Positions 62,497 through 64,000 of a stretch of 64,000 bases of DNA are shown here, in pieces. The notes below the pieces were generated by a model, which was given only the letters and a program-made list of their open reading frames with translations, was not told where the DNA came from and did no database searches. The translations under genes were made by a program, and so were the position numbers. Origin of the DNA: Antedon mediterranea (taxonomy: Eukaryota > Animalia > Echinodermata); assembly GCF_964355755.1 (NCBI RefSeq), contig NC_092677.1, positions 28,011,175 to 28,075,174 of the forward strand. The letters are read 5' to 3'. Positions within the stretch are counted from its first letter, which is position 1. The number at the start of each line of letters is the position of its first letter.

Positions 62497-62591
62497 CTAT
62501 ATGATAAATAAACAATAAGCTTTCTGTTTATTTTATTTGTATCTCCATTGAGATAAAGCCACCCACACCCACAGCATTGTCATTTTTTCAG

Positions 62592-62739
62592 TGCTTTGTT
62601 TACACTATCAAACTTTTTGTGACAAAAAAATGACATTATCATGTCCATATATGGACATGATGATGTCATATCACAACCATATTTGAGTATATCACTACCA
62701 TATCTGGTATAAAACTAGTTTGATAGTGTAGACAGAGCT
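62592..62739. mobile_element. PIF/Harbinger MITE, family B (decayed left end)
   Basis: TACACTATCAAAC ... GTTTGATAGTGTAGACAGAGCT-TAA. Further family fragments at 25587-25602 and 58442-58535. Confidence 0.75.
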
Positions 62740-62755
62740 TAATATGTCCACTAAC

Positions 62756-62821
62756 CTCATCTGATACATCTGACAATGTTTCTAACAAAACAGGGAATAT
62801 TTGCTCTACATGCTGAAATAT
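62756..62821 (-). CDS. VAC14: VAC14 exon
   Basis: IFQHVEQIFPVLLETLSDVSDE resembles LFPILLQTLSDESDE. Confidence 0.95.
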
Positions 62822-62962
62822 CTATCAAAGAAATAAAAAAAAAACAGTTTGACAAATTCATTGTTAACATAAAAATGCTTATAAAAGGAAAACCCCATTT
62901 TAAATTACATTAAATAAACGAAAATCAGTTTTATAACTACAAATTCTCAGGTTTGATTTTAC

Positions 62963-63104
62963 CTTTCTTGGAGTTTTCAAATGAAGATGATAGATCCATC
63001 TAAGTACAGCAATCTTAGTCTGCATGAGTGACTGTTGGTGTAAGTGTTTTAGTAATACCTCTACAACTGGTGCAATTTCAAGCTTTATTTTCGGTGGTAG
63101 CGAA
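62963..63104 (-). CDS. VAC14: VAC14 exon
   Basis: VVEVLLKHL...MQTKIAVLRWIYHLHLKTPRK resembles TRIAVLKWLYHLYIKTPRK. Confidence 0.95.
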
Positions 63105-63469
63105 CTGTACAAGAGAAAACAGGACTGCTATCAATAAAGTTTTCTAAAATCGTATAGAAATATTTAATTTGCATGAGAGAGAAATTAAAATAAGCGATAA
63201 TTTAACATTTGCTGCAGGTACCGGTAGGAAATGTACTCGTTAATCAGTTTCTATAAAATGGTAAGCTAACTACAAGTATAGTAAGTGGAAGAAACCAACA
63301 AAATAAAAACATTTTTTCGAAAATTAAGAACAGAATGGGAAATATCTATGGCCACTCCTCTACAATACAATACCTATATGTTGACATTTTAATCCCATGA
63401 TATAGCATAGTCTTTGGTGAAGACAGCCTCACATTGCCATACAGTAGTACAGAACAACCAATACTGTAC

Positions 63470-63611
63470 CTTGAAACTTTAATGGAATTTGTATGAAGTG
63501 AGCCCTCTACTTGCTTTTCTTCTTTCTTACTTTCATCATCATCCTTATCATCTTCAGTTGTCACTAACCGCATCAGGTTCTGGTTCACTGCCTTTGCTAC
63601 TTCTTTGACAT
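63470..63611 (-). CDS. VAC14: VAC14 exon preceded by a probable U12 AT-AC intron
   Basis: VKEVAKAVNQNLMRLVTTEDD resembles [21 protein letters not shown]. Upstream sequence is TCCTTAAC-TTCTATGATTGCAC, an AC acceptor. Confidence 0.88.
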
Positions 63612-64000
63612 GTGCAATCATAGAAGTTAAGGATATTCAAGTCTCAAATAGTCAATAGTGTATACTTAAGTTTTACTTTCTAGAAATCAAAACGGTACTG
63701 GGTATGATCAACTAGCGTTCTTATCCTCAACTAGAAGTACTGAGATGTAGTAGTCTATTTGTATGGCGACTATAGAATGTTAGATTATGAGTGCCATGAG
63801 GAAAGTCATGAATAAAAAGTTAAAAGTACTACTGTTATCAGTTTATCCAGAATAGAAAAACAGCATGTACAGTATGTAACGTGGGTGGTTAGCACCTTAG
63901 TAGAGTTTCCAACAATACATTATATAATGTGTTGAAAAACATGTATTGTATTGTACATGTAATGTATTTATCCAATGAAATAAATTTGATTGATTGAGTT

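Larger units (their letters stand above)
59014..63611 (-). other. VAC14: Gene span: 3' half of VAC14 (PIKfyve/FIG4 scaffold); the 5' part lies beyond the window
   Basis: Exons 63470-63611, 62963-63104, 62756-62821, 62306-62496, 61900-62074, 61305-61423, 60802-60881, 59505-59658, 59014-59164 splice in frame. Confidence 0.95.

Noticed and set aside
63612-63636. ATATCCTT...AC as a complete ~25-nt AT-AC intron
   Set aside because: Too short to splice, and no VAC14-like coding sequence lies immediately upstream. Better read as the branch site of a longer intron.

Overview
AT-rich animal genomic DNA, most likely an invertebrate deuterostome such as an echinoderm (inferred from protein similarity, intron positions and repeat types). 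Two spliced genes lie head-to-tail on the minus strand. The first is the 3' half of VAC14 (9 exons, 59014-63611), which has two minor-spliceosome (U12) introns and a 57-bp tandem array made of its own C-terminal codons plus stop. The second is a complete MTSS1/MTSS2-like I-BAR + WH2 gene (14 exons, 56704->8945; my hand-spliced model stays in frame at 878 aa). The same VAC14->MTSS arrangement exists at the human VAC14/MTSS2 locus. The MTSS introns carry a near-intact CR1-group LINE whose ORF has a hydrophobic leader, a viral-type 2A (StopGo) motif and one in-frame TGA, a 3.7-kb non-autonomous Academ-like element with an empty-site paralogue in the window, a Deu-domain SINE and Penelope-type hammerhead remnants. 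Rex/Babar LINE fragments, several MITE families and minisatellites (18, 28, 34, 50, 57, 69 bp) are spread across the window. The 69-bp array explains the 932-aa ORF. The window begins in the last 107 codons of an unidentified plus-strand ORF. All calls were made by eye with no database searches.
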